64,000 nucleotides of DNA from a virus, in IMG/VR virus record IMGVR_UViG_3300032308_002092, positions 64,001 to 128,000 of that record; one strand, 5' to 3'. This document shows, in pieces, positions 46,785 through 55,367 of the stretch (positions are counted from its first letter, which is position 1; the number at the start of each line of letters is the position of its first letter). The notes under the pieces were generated by a model, which did not search any database, was not told where the DNA came from, and saw only the letters and a list, made by a program, of their open reading frames with translations. The translations under genes and the position numbers were made by a program.

Positions 46785-48248
46785 ATGCCACAGTTCGCGT
46801 CTAAGAAGCAGTACAGGATGATGATGGCTATCATGCACGGTGGCAAGGGCAAAACATCGCGTGGCGATAGTGGTCCACCAAAATCTGTAGCTGAGAAATA
46901 CTCTGGGGGCGGCAAAGATCTGACCGAGTCTAAGGGTAAAGAAGACAGGGGTGGACGATGGGACAAAGAAAAGAAGGCCAAGCACTCCGAGAAGGCTAAG
47001 TTTAAAAAAGCAGACATCAAGGGTGTTGGAGTCATCGTTCAGAACGACGAAGGTGCTATCCTTATAGGCACCAACCCCGAAAACGGCCAGAAGATGCTTC
47101 CAGGTGGCGGTGTCGACGATGGCGAGCTTCCGATGGAAGCAGCTATTAGAGAGCTATCTGAAGAGTCTGGCTTAGAGGCTCAAGAGGCCAAAGAATTAGA
47201 CGCTGACGAATATGGCGCGGTGTTTCTGGTTAGGAAGTTTTCTGGTTCACTAAAAGATACTAAAGAGATGGTTGATGCCAAGTTCGTATCCGTTAAGGAT
47301 ATCCCCTGGCACAAACTAAGGGAATGCTGTATCCCTGGGCTTAGCAGATTTGTGTCAGAGCAAATGAAGAAGTCTAAGAAGCTCGACGACATGCTTTATC
47401 TAGAGAAGCTAGAGAAGAATATTATTCGCTCATCTCAAGTAGCTCATGCTGTGTACGAGATGACTCATGGCGATGCCTTAAAGCTGATTGGCAATAAAAC
47501 ATTTCGCATACTTCGAGATGGCATCAAGGGCATGGGCGACGATGAAGTCAAAGAGATCGAGATGGGACCATATACGATGGTCGTCAGAAAGCACGTCAAC
47601 GACGTGTACTCTGGGCACATACGCGACGGACACAAAACAATCCATAATTTTGTAAACAGATCTCTCCCTGCTCTCACAGGTGAGCTGATGAGCGTGTTCG
47701 AGTGGTACCTACCAGAAGATATCCCAGATCTAGAGATAGAAGAAGACGACAAGCTTTCTGACGATACCCTAGATAGTGGTATCGAAAAAATGATCCACAA
47801 CTATAGAAACTACAATTTAGCAGATGTCTACGATGAGATGGAGTCAATCAGGCAAGAAGTCAGGCACGGCGTTGCGGTTGACCTACAGCAGATCGAAGAT
47901 AGGGTTGGCAAGCTCATAGATAAGCTCGAGTCTAAGTTGGATGACATGTCTGATAAGCACAACTCTCTAGCGCGAGAGCTTGGCTCTGACATAGACGAGT
48001 TGGAATCTAAGTTAAGGGAACTTAGAAGCAAAGTGCCCGATAAAGACGATAAGACGGTTGTCAACGCTGTTTCTCAAGAAACACCTAATGTAGGTAGGGT
48101 TCTAGACACGTTTTACAACTATCTGTCAAAACCAACTGTGACGATAGAACCCAATGGAAGGATTCAGATATCCTTTTCTTCAGACTGGTCAACCCTGGAT
48201 CAGGGTAATTTCTTAACCGATCTGAAGGCGAAAGTTGCTAAAAAATGA
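46785..48248 (+). CDS. NUDIX hydrolase domain plus coiled-coil protein in virion gene block
   Basis: Nudix box GGVDDGELPMEAAIRELSEESGL. Confidence 0.8.
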   Translation: MPQFASKKQYRMMMAIMHGGKGKTSRGDSGPPKSVAEKYSGGGKDLTESKGKEDRGGRWDKEKKAKHSEKAKFKKADIKGVGVIVQNDEGAILIGTNPENGQKMLPGGGVDDGELPMEAAIRELSEESGLEAQEAKELDADEYGAVFLVRKFSGSLKDTKEMVDAKFVSVKDIPWHKLRECCIPGLSRFVSEQMKKSKKLDDMLYLEKLEKNIIRSSQVAHAVYEMTHGDALKLIGNKTFRILRDGIKGMGDDEVKEIEMGPYTMVVRKHVNDVYSGHIRDGHKTIHNFVNRSLPALTGELMSVFEWYLPEDIPDLEIEEDDKLSDDTLDSGIEKMIHNYRNYNLADVYDEMESIRQEVRHGVAVDLQQIEDRVGKLIDKLESKLDDMSDKHNSLARELGSDIDELESKLRELRSKVPDKDDKTVVNAVSQETPNVGRVLDTFYNYLSKPTVTIEPNGRIQISFSSDWSTLDQGNFLTDLKAKVAKK

Positions 48249-49875
48249 TAGACTACAAGGTGAGTCAACTCAGACTCTACTTGTCGAGTAGAGGTGTCTC
48301 TCAAGATACGATCGAGACCATAATCGATAGTATTAACTCCTCAGCTCAAAGTCAGATAGCCTCAATACTTGAGAACAATGTATTCGCCGCCTCTCAAAGA
48401 GCAGAGGAGATGAGGGCAAAAGGCTTTATATCCGAGATCGTCGTCAGACCTACCGGGAGTGGTCTGGAGATAACGACCGATAGTGGTAATCATGATTTTA
48501 GTAAACAACCCTTTCCAATGCTAGATAGGTTGCTCGCTAAGGGTAAGGTCTCTAAAGACGGATCTATGTATAAGACCATACCTATCGGCTCCAATAATAA
48601 AAATATGACAACTGTGGTTAAGGATGTTGCTGCGGGTGTGAGTTCTATAAGGGACTCCAATGACAAGCCAAGATCTTTGACTGAAGCGGTTAATAGCATG
48701 GCCCAATCTTTTGGACTGGGTGCTAGACCTATGATTAAGACGTCGGAGTCAAAACCCCAATCTCAAGTACAATTTAGAACAGCGAGCAGTAAGCAGGATA
48801 GAAACACCCAGTGGGTTCAACCTGGCATAGATGCTGATATGACTCCTATCTTGAATGAGATAAATGCAACGATGGCAGCCGATATAGAAAACGCAATAGA
48901 CTCTGCTATTAGAGAGCACCAGATGGAGATAGACTATGCCATTCGCAATGCCTGAGATAGCTGTCTCTAAGTTAATAAGCCATGGATTACAACAACTTAG
49001 GGCGGACGAAGAATCCTTTAGAGATCTTTTTTGCTACTTAAGTCACGACCCATTTATGATCGATGCTTACGGACCAGCCTACGTAGATAGGTTGTGGGAA
49101 TGGTTTAACACCGATAAAATAAGGGTTATTCAGGGCTGGTCTCTAAATATGCAGAGCGTGCCATGCTACTCTATAACTCTATCTTCTGAGGTTGAAGATG
49201 AGTCTACGGCAGCTCTGAGCGACTACTATGGTGACGCTGAGTGCAGCGAGCTACTTGTATACCCAAAGATAGTGAATCTTGATATAGGGTGTCACGCAAG
49301 TAAATCCCCAGATCAAGTACTTTGGCTTTACTACATACTTTCATACCTTCTGTTTAAAAATAAAAGGTATGCAGAATCAATGGGTTTGGAGCTACAGACA
49401 GCTACAGCATCAGACTGGGCTAGGGAAAACGGCAAGACCCCAGAGAACATCTACACTAGATGGGTAAGAATGCGAGTAAAATCATGGGATACACTAATAG
49501 GAGATAGGTTCTCAGGACCTTACGATTTGGAAATAGAATTAGACGTAGAAAGGCTTAACAATGAGCAAGAAAACACAGAAGAATAACCCGCAACCTGCAC
49601 CAGTGAGTCCAGAGCCTGCAGTGGTTGATTGGGCTGCTATTGCCGCTCTAGAGAAGCAGGCTCTAGAAGCCGCTAGAAAGATTGAGCCAATCGTAAGCAG
49701 TGAGCCAGAGGCTTTATCGTTTGAAGACTGGTGGTTACTCCGCGAAGTCCTCATCAATAAGCCCGGCCATTATAAAGAGATACTCAAGGCTGACTTCAAT
49801 GCCCGCGGCCTGAGTAAGAAAGAGCCGCTTGAGCGGTGGGACTGGGCTGGTAAGCAGTTTGGACTTAAGTGGTGA
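48245..49875 (+). CDS. Three putative neck/tail-completion proteins (48245..48955; 48936..49586; 49561..49875)
   Basis: Overlapping ORFs directly before the sheath gene. Confidence 0.5.
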
Positions 49876-49969
49876 GCTAAGTAGGGTTTTTGAGTTAGAT
49901 AATCCTCAACTACCCACATAGGTTATAATGAAGAGTGATCTTTTAGGACTAGGATTGGAGGTCAAATAA

Positions 49970-52528
49970 ATGGCTATTAGTGTAAGTTTCAACGGTGCGA
50001 CGATTTTTAAGCCGGGCGCATATTCTCGTCGTTTCATCGACTTAGGCGGAAACCTGCCACTCGGACCTGCTGGTCTTATCGCTATCCTCGGGGAAGCAGA
50101 TGCTGGTACGCCAGGTGATGCAGAGGTTGACATCAAGGACAATTTCTTCACCGCAGACTCTATCTCTGTTGCTCGCGACAAGTATAGGTCGGGTCCGATT
50201 CTCGACGCTCTCAACTTCTTGTTCTCGCCTGCATCTGACGGCGCCATCCCAAATGGTGCCCAGGTAGTTTGGGTTTACAAGACGAACTCCTCTAGCAGAG
50301 CATCGCTTGCTTTAGCAAATAGCTACGGCACAGCAAGGGCTCGCGAATGGGGCGTTGGTGGTAACAGGGTTACTGCTCGCGTAACGCTCTCTGGTGCAGG
50401 TCAGGCAGAAGCGGCAAGCGCAGCACTCAACTTTAACGCTGAAGAGCTCCAACTCGGCGGCGGCACGCCAGTCGACGGATCTGTTCTTGCAGTTCCTCCT
50501 ACTGGTTACTACTTCGACGTTTCTTCTGCAACCACCAACTACAGAGTGTGGTTCGATGCTGGTTCACAGACCGCTCCTGCTGCTGCGAGTAAGACTCTTG
50601 TTCAAGTTGTTGTTGGGCCATCTGATACAACTGCTCAAGTTCTTACTGCACTTAAGGCTGCTCTTGAAGGCTTAAGTGGAAATCCATTCTGGGCAACCAT
50701 CAATGGGACCCATATCTTCATCAAGATTAGGTCGTTCGGTGCAGCTCTGCTTCCATCGAGTATCGGCACCATCCCAGCTACAGCAAGTATCTCTACTGAT
50801 TCTGGCAGCGGTCATTGGCTCAACTCTAGGTCTTTCTCTTTCAGAGCAAACGGCGGATCAGTCGTAGGACCAGTAACGCTTTCTGGTGCAGAAGCGAACC
50901 ATGACACACTCGCTGAGATCGCAAGTGAACTAAATGCTCTTCCAGCATTTAACGGCGACTTGGTTGCATCCGTATCTGGTCAAACAATCGTATTTAAGTC
51001 AATCGCTGTTGCCAACAAGCATCGCGACGGTTTCTCTGAGACCTTCGAGCTCGTTGACTCTACTGCTGGTGATTTGGCTGCTCTTGGTCAAACTGCTGGT
51101 CTCAAGCTTCCTTCTGCTGAGCCACGCGCTAGCATCAAGATCGACCAGAAGCGCGACCTGCTCGTCGAAGAGTCTACTCTCGGCGGAAACGCAGTTCTTA
51201 CTTTTGGTCACGACGGCTCTGGCGGTGTAACTTCTGCAAGCGTGTCTGTGACAGCAAGCCAGGTTACTATCACTACGAACCTTGGATCTGAGTCTTTTGA
51301 CAAGGCTGCATTCACAACCGTTAAGCAGCTAGCTGATGCAGTTGAGCTTCTTCCTGGTTGGGAAGCTGCTGTTTCGAACACTGTGTACAACTCCCTACCT
51401 CTTTCCGTACTTGACGTAGTTTCTACTGTCGGCGCTCTTAAGACAGCTGCTGGCGCTAAGCCTGCTCGTATCAAGAAAGATGCGTTTGAAGTTGCTCAGT
51501 TCTTCGCTCAATCCCAAAGCGTTGAAGCCGTCGGACAATCCGTAACTGGTCTTCCAGAGGCTCTGATTGAAACATTCCTTGCTGGCGGAGCAAAGGGCGC
51601 ATCGCTCTCTAGCGACATCGTTGACGGTCTAGCTAAGTTCGAGAAGTTCCACGTTAACTTCGTTGTTCCTCTCTTTAGCCGCGACGCTACTGCTGATATT
51701 GCTGACAGCCTTACTGACGCTGGATCTACATACACGATCGACGGTATTCACCAAGCGGTTAAGACACACATCTCTTTGATGAAGACAACTAAGAGACGCA
51801 GTGAGCGCCAAGGCGTTCTCTCACTCAAGAAGAGCTACGATGACTGTAAGACTTCTGCTGGGACACTTGCAGATGCCAGACTCCAGTTGGTAATCCAAGA
51901 TGCTCGTCAGATCGATGCAGCTGGTAACATCAAGTGGTTCCAACCATGGGCTCTTGCCTGCTTGGTCGCTGGCGCTCGTGGTGGAGCTCCTATCGGTCTA
52001 CCTCTGACGTTCAAGTTCTTGAACCTCTCTGGTATCCGTCAGACAGCTCAACCTATGACGACTGCAGAAGCAGATATCGTAGTCGACTTCGATCCAGATG
52101 TCCAGTATGATGACGCAATCCAAAGCGGTATCACCTTCTTGGAAGCTCCTCAGACTGGCGGATTCCGCGTAGTTGTTGATAACACAACTTACGGCATCGA
52201 CAACAACTGGGTATACAATCGTGCCAACGTTCTGTATGCTGCTGACATCATTGAGTTCAACTTCCGTAATGCGATGGAATCGCGCTACGTAGGTGTTAAG
52301 AATACTGTTAGGGCTTCTGAAGTCAAATCGACTGCTGAATCCGTAATGGCTACGTTCTTGGCTCAAGGGATCACAGTTAGTACGAATGATGCCCCTCAAG
52401 GCTTCCGCGATATGAGCGTACGTATTGAAGGCAATACGATCTACATCACGGTAACCGTGAAGTTGGTCGAAGGAATTGACTTCGTACTCAACGACATCAC
52501 TCTCCAGAGAGCTACTCAGCAAGCCTAA
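49970..52528 (+). CDS. Contractile tail sheath protein
   Basis: N-terminal FNGATIFKPGAYS, ILGEADAG; C-terminal RVVVDNTTY...VEGIDFV; 852 aa; precedes tube genes. Confidence 0.88.
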   Translation: MAISVSFNGATIFKPGAYSRRFIDLGGNLPLGPAGLIAILGEADAGTPGDAEVDIKDNFFTADSISVARDKYRSGPILDALNFLFSPASDGAIPNGAQVVWVYKTNSSSRASLALANSYGTARAREWGVGGNRVTARVTLSGAGQAEAASAALNFNAEELQLGGGTPVDGSVLAVPPTGYYFDVSSATTNYRVWFDAGSQTAPAAASKTLVQVVVGPSDTTAQVLTALKAALEGLSGNPFWATINGTHIFIKIRSFGAALLPSSIGTIPATASISTDSGSGHWLNSRSFSFRANGGSVVGPVTLSGAEANHDTLAEIASELNALPAFNGDLVASVSGQTIVFKSIAVANKHRDGFSETFELVDSTAGDLAALGQTAGLKLPSAEPRASIKIDQKRDLLVEESTLGGNAVLTFGHDGSGGVTSASVSVTASQVTITTNLGSESFDKAAFTTVKQLADAVELLPGWEAAVSNTVYNSLPLSVLDVVSTVGALKTAAGAKPARIKKDAFEVAQFFAQSQSVEAVGQSVTGLPEALIETFLAGGAKGASLSSDIVDGLAKFEKFHVNFVVPLFSRDATADIADSLTDAGSTYTIDGIHQAVKTHISLMKTTKRRSERQGVLSLKKSYDDCKTSAGTLADARLQLVIQDARQIDAAGNIKWFQPWALACLVAGARGGAPIGLPLTFKFLNLSGIRQTAQPMTTAEADIVVDFDPDVQYDDAIQSGITFLEAPQTGGFRVVVDNTTYGIDNNWVYNRANVLYAADIIEFNFRNAMESRYVGVKNTVRASEVKSTAESVMATFLAQGITVSTNDAPQGFRDMSVRIEGNTIYITVTVKLVEGIDFVLNDITLQRATQQA

Positions 52529-52554
52529 TAGCCAACCTAAACAGTAGGTGAGTT

Positions 52555-52590
52555 AAACCCCATATCCTAGGATATGGGGTTTTACTTTAT
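52555..52590 (+). terminator. Intrinsic terminator after sheath
   Basis: Perfect palindrome aaaccccatatcctaggatatggggttt followed by T-rich tract. Confidence 0.8.
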
Positions 52591-52674
52591 GCGTGATACA
52601 ATATGAAAGTGATGTGCCATTGTGGCCTTCACTCTAAGTATTATGGGTTCTAGAGTCCCAAGGGAGATTATACA

Positions 52675-53253
52675 ATGGCAGGGAAGAAAACCTCTTTAAT
52701 TACAGGCAGTAACGCCAAGATCAAGATCAATGGCGTTACGTTGGCTTATGCAACCGATGTGAGTTTTGACGTAACAGTCCAAACCATCCCAGTAGAGACA
52801 ATGGGTCGCTACGAAGTTCTGAGCAATGAGCCAATTGCTACTACAGTTCAGGGTTCTTTCTCGGTGGTTCGATACACTAATCGCGCTAAGGCAAACAACA
52901 TCTCAGGTGCTGCTGCAAACGGGAACGGTATTGGTCGCTGGGGAACTCGAGCTGGTGGCGAAGGCGGTGCAATTGCTGGTCAAAACAGCGGTATGTCTAC
53001 GCATGTAAACCCTGGTGACATCTTGACATCGACAACTGTAGATATCGAGATCTATCAGAAGTTTGTAAACGATCCTAACGACCCAACTGGTCAGACTAGA
53101 TTTAAGCGTCTTACGGACTGCCGAGTAACCAGACAGTCTGGCTCTGTAAACAAGCGCGGAATCCTTACAGAATCCTATCAGTTTGTTGGCGAGCTCGCGG
53201 ATGACGACAGCTTCACACAGAAGATCTCTGGTGAGGAAGACCTCAGTAACTAA
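52675..53253 (+). CDS. Tail tube protein 1
   Basis: ITGSNAKIKINGVTLAYAT..., position after sheath. Confidence 0.75.
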   Translation: MAGKKTSLITGSNAKIKINGVTLAYATDVSFDVTVQTIPVETMGRYEVLSNEPIATTVQGSFSVVRYTNRAKANNISGAAANGNGIGRWGTRAGGEGGAIAGQNSGMSTHVNPGDILTSTTVDIEIYQKFVNDPNDPTGQTRFKRLTDCRVTRQSGSVNKRGILTESYQFVGELADDDSFTQKISGEEDLSN

Positions 53254-53265
53254 GTTCGCTTACAG

Positions 53266-53311
53266 CCCAATATAGCCTATCACTACGTAGAGTAGAATAG
53301 GCTATATTGGG
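53266..53311 (+). promoter_or_regulatory. 15-bp perfect hairpin overlapping the SD of tube 2
   Basis: cccaatatagcctat / ataggctatattggg; SD GGGAGG at 53309-53314. Confidence 0.7.
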
Positions 53312-53318
53312 AGGTTTC

Positions 53319-53909
53319 ATGGCCAACAAAGCTCCATTCTTCATTAGTGGTGGAAATGCGAAGTTACGCGTAAACGGCGTAACCTTAGCGTATGTTACCG
53401 ATTTCAAATACTCTATTAAGATCAATCATACAGATGTCAGAATACTCGGCGTGTACGAACATGACACAGCAGAACCTATGTCTTACGACGTAGACGGAAG
53501 CTTTACTATAATCCGTTACGTAGAGGGCATGGTCAAGAGAGCCAAAGACAAACGTCAAGCAGTACCCAACGGTGCCAGCAATGCCGGTAACGGTGTTGGC
53601 AGCTGGACTAGGGGTTCGAGCACAGCTATTGGTAGACTTAAGGCGGGTCAGTTCAATGACGGTCGCGCCAATGAAGCTTTAGATCCGAGCACATTCCAAA
53701 ACTCTACGTGGTTCGATATAGAGTTCTATCAGAAGATCGGCAACGGCCAAACCGGCGTGGCTCGCATACGCAACTGTAAAATTACCAGTGCCGAGTCCCA
53801 AGTGGGTAAGCGAGGTCTCATGACCCAGACCTTCACGTTTATCGCGAATGCAGTAGATGAAGACTCCTTTATTGCAAACTCATCGGGCGTTGGTCAAACT
53901 ACGGCGTAA
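53319..53909 (+). CDS. Tail tube-like protein 2
   Basis: ISGGNAKLRVNGVTLAYVT, paralog of tube 1. Confidence 0.7.
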   Translation: MANKAPFFISGGNAKLRVNGVTLAYVTDFKYSIKINHTDVRILGVYEHDTAEPMSYDVDGSFTIIRYVEGMVKRAKDKRQAVPNGASNAGNGVGSWTRGSSTAIGRLKAGQFNDGRANEALDPSTFQNSTWFDIEFYQKIGNGQTGVARIRNCKITSAESQVGKRGLMTQTFTFIANAVDEDSFIANSSGVGQTTA

Positions 53910-53918
53910 GGATATCTA

Positions 53919-54500
53919 ATGTCTAGATCTGGTTTTGATAGAAGCGGCGGCAAAATAGTAGATAGGGTTGCCAATAACCTACTCTCTAATATAGGCAACA
54001 TATCAACCAAGCCTGAAGCTAAGTACCACACGGGTGCGCGGTGTGTAGTTAAGGTGAATGGTGTACTAGTCGGTTTTGCATTCTCAGTATCCTGGTCTAT
54101 CCAAACAGAGAACCAAGAGATACGCACCATAGATGAGTATCTACCAGTAGAGCTAGCGCCCAGCATGGTCTCTGTAAGTGGGACAATGGGGACGTTTGTT
54201 ATACCGGGCCGTAGTGCTACTTCAGAGCGACTACAGTCTAACGCGTTGTCTTTTATGCAAAACAAATACATCACCATAGAGATCTCAGACTCTGCTACTG
54301 GCACCCTGTTATTCAAGACTAACAAGGCGGTCATAACTGGACAGTCGACCAGCATTCAGTCAGAGCAGATGTCTGTGACACAGCTAACCTGGAAGGCAAT
54401 CGGTTGGCAACATGAGTTTGCCCCAGAAGAGCCCACCGAATCCGGTGGCGATAGACTAGTCTCTGGTGTTAAGAATTTCGCTAAAACTTTGGGCTTTTAG
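53919..54500 (+). CDS. Tail tube-like protein 3
   Basis: TGARCVVKVNGVLVGFA, same pattern. Confidence 0.6.
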   Translation: MSRSGFDRSGGKIVDRVANNLLSNIGNISTKPEAKYHTGARCVVKVNGVLVGFAFSVSWSIQTENQEIRTIDEYLPVELAPSMVSVSGTMGTFVIPGRSATSERLQSNALSFMQNKYITIEISDSATGTLLFKTNKAVITGQSTSIQSEQMSVTQLTWKAIGWQHEFAPEEPTESGGDRLVSGVKNFAKTLGF

Positions 54501-54525
54501 TATAATCCATTGATGGAGGATAATC

Positions 54526-54906
54526 ATGGAACTACCATCACGCGAGAAGACTTTCTACTTTGATCACACAGGTGAATCTGGCTTTAGGTATGAGGGTCAC
54601 TTCACTATTAAGTGTAGGCTGAATACAGCAGAGAAAATTTCTAGAGAGAACGAGATCTCTAGGCTACTTGGGGATTCAACCAACCCAACCAGGGAACTAC
54701 AGTCCCTGGCACTATGCCTTGCGACGTGCCGCGTACATGTTATCGATGCCCCCGAGTGGTTTAAGCAGACTAGAGGTCTTTTAGAAGACGACTCTGCACT
54801 TGCTGAACTATATATTAAGATTATGGACACCACCGACGAGTGGCGCAAAGAGGTGTCTAAGAACGCCTCTAAGACAGATAAAAAAGAAGAGCAAGTGGGA
54901 AACTAG
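54526..54906 (+). CDS. Tail assembly chaperone (gpG-like)
   Basis: Between tube and tape measure genes; ends in G GGA AAC TAG. Confidence 0.75.
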   Translation: MELPSREKTFYFDHTGESGFRYEGHFTIKCRLNTAEKISRENEISRLLGDSTNPTRELQSLALCLATCRVHVIDAPEWFKQTRGLLEDDSALAELYIKIMDTTDEWRKEVSKNASKTDKKEEQVGN

Positions 54907-55367
54907 ACGCGGATAGGGAAGATGATTCCCTCTCCGCTTTAGAAGCCATAGATAAACTCACCTACAACATAGCTCGTGCTGCTCTAAGCACCGAGCAATC
55001 ACAACTATTATTCCTACGCTCCTGGTGGTCTAAGTACTATAATCGTCCATTAAAAGATCCGCTATTACAAGAGTATACGCTAGAAGACCTGTATTACGAG
55101 TACAGGGACAAGGTTGAGCGCGAAGAGGCTGCTCAAGAAGCCTCTGAAGAAGCTACTGATAATATAGAACAGAAGAAGATAGACGAAGCCATGGCTTGGG
55201 CGGAAGAGGAAGAGCTGAGAGAGCAAGAAGCGCTAGCTCAGGAGCCAACTGACACCGACACCTTATCTGAGGACGACAAGGCCTGGATGGAGGACCAGCT
55301 CGAGCAGGCTAAGGCTATCTACGGTGAAGACTTTGGCGAAGATATAGTAGAGGACTTCGATGGCTGA
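54897..55367 (+). CDS. -1 frameshift extension of tail chaperone (gpGT-like)
   Basis: Slippery GGGAAAC 54897-54903; -1 frame open for 154 codons to TGA 55365-55367. Confidence 0.85.
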   Translation, partial: GKLDADREDDSLSALEAIDKLTYNIARAALSTEQSQLLFLRSWWSKYYNRPLKDPLLQEYTLEDLYYEYRDKVEREEAAQEASEEATDNIEQKKIDEAMAWAEEEELREQEALAQEPTDTDTLSEDDKAWMEDQLEQAKAIYGEDFGEDIVEDFDG

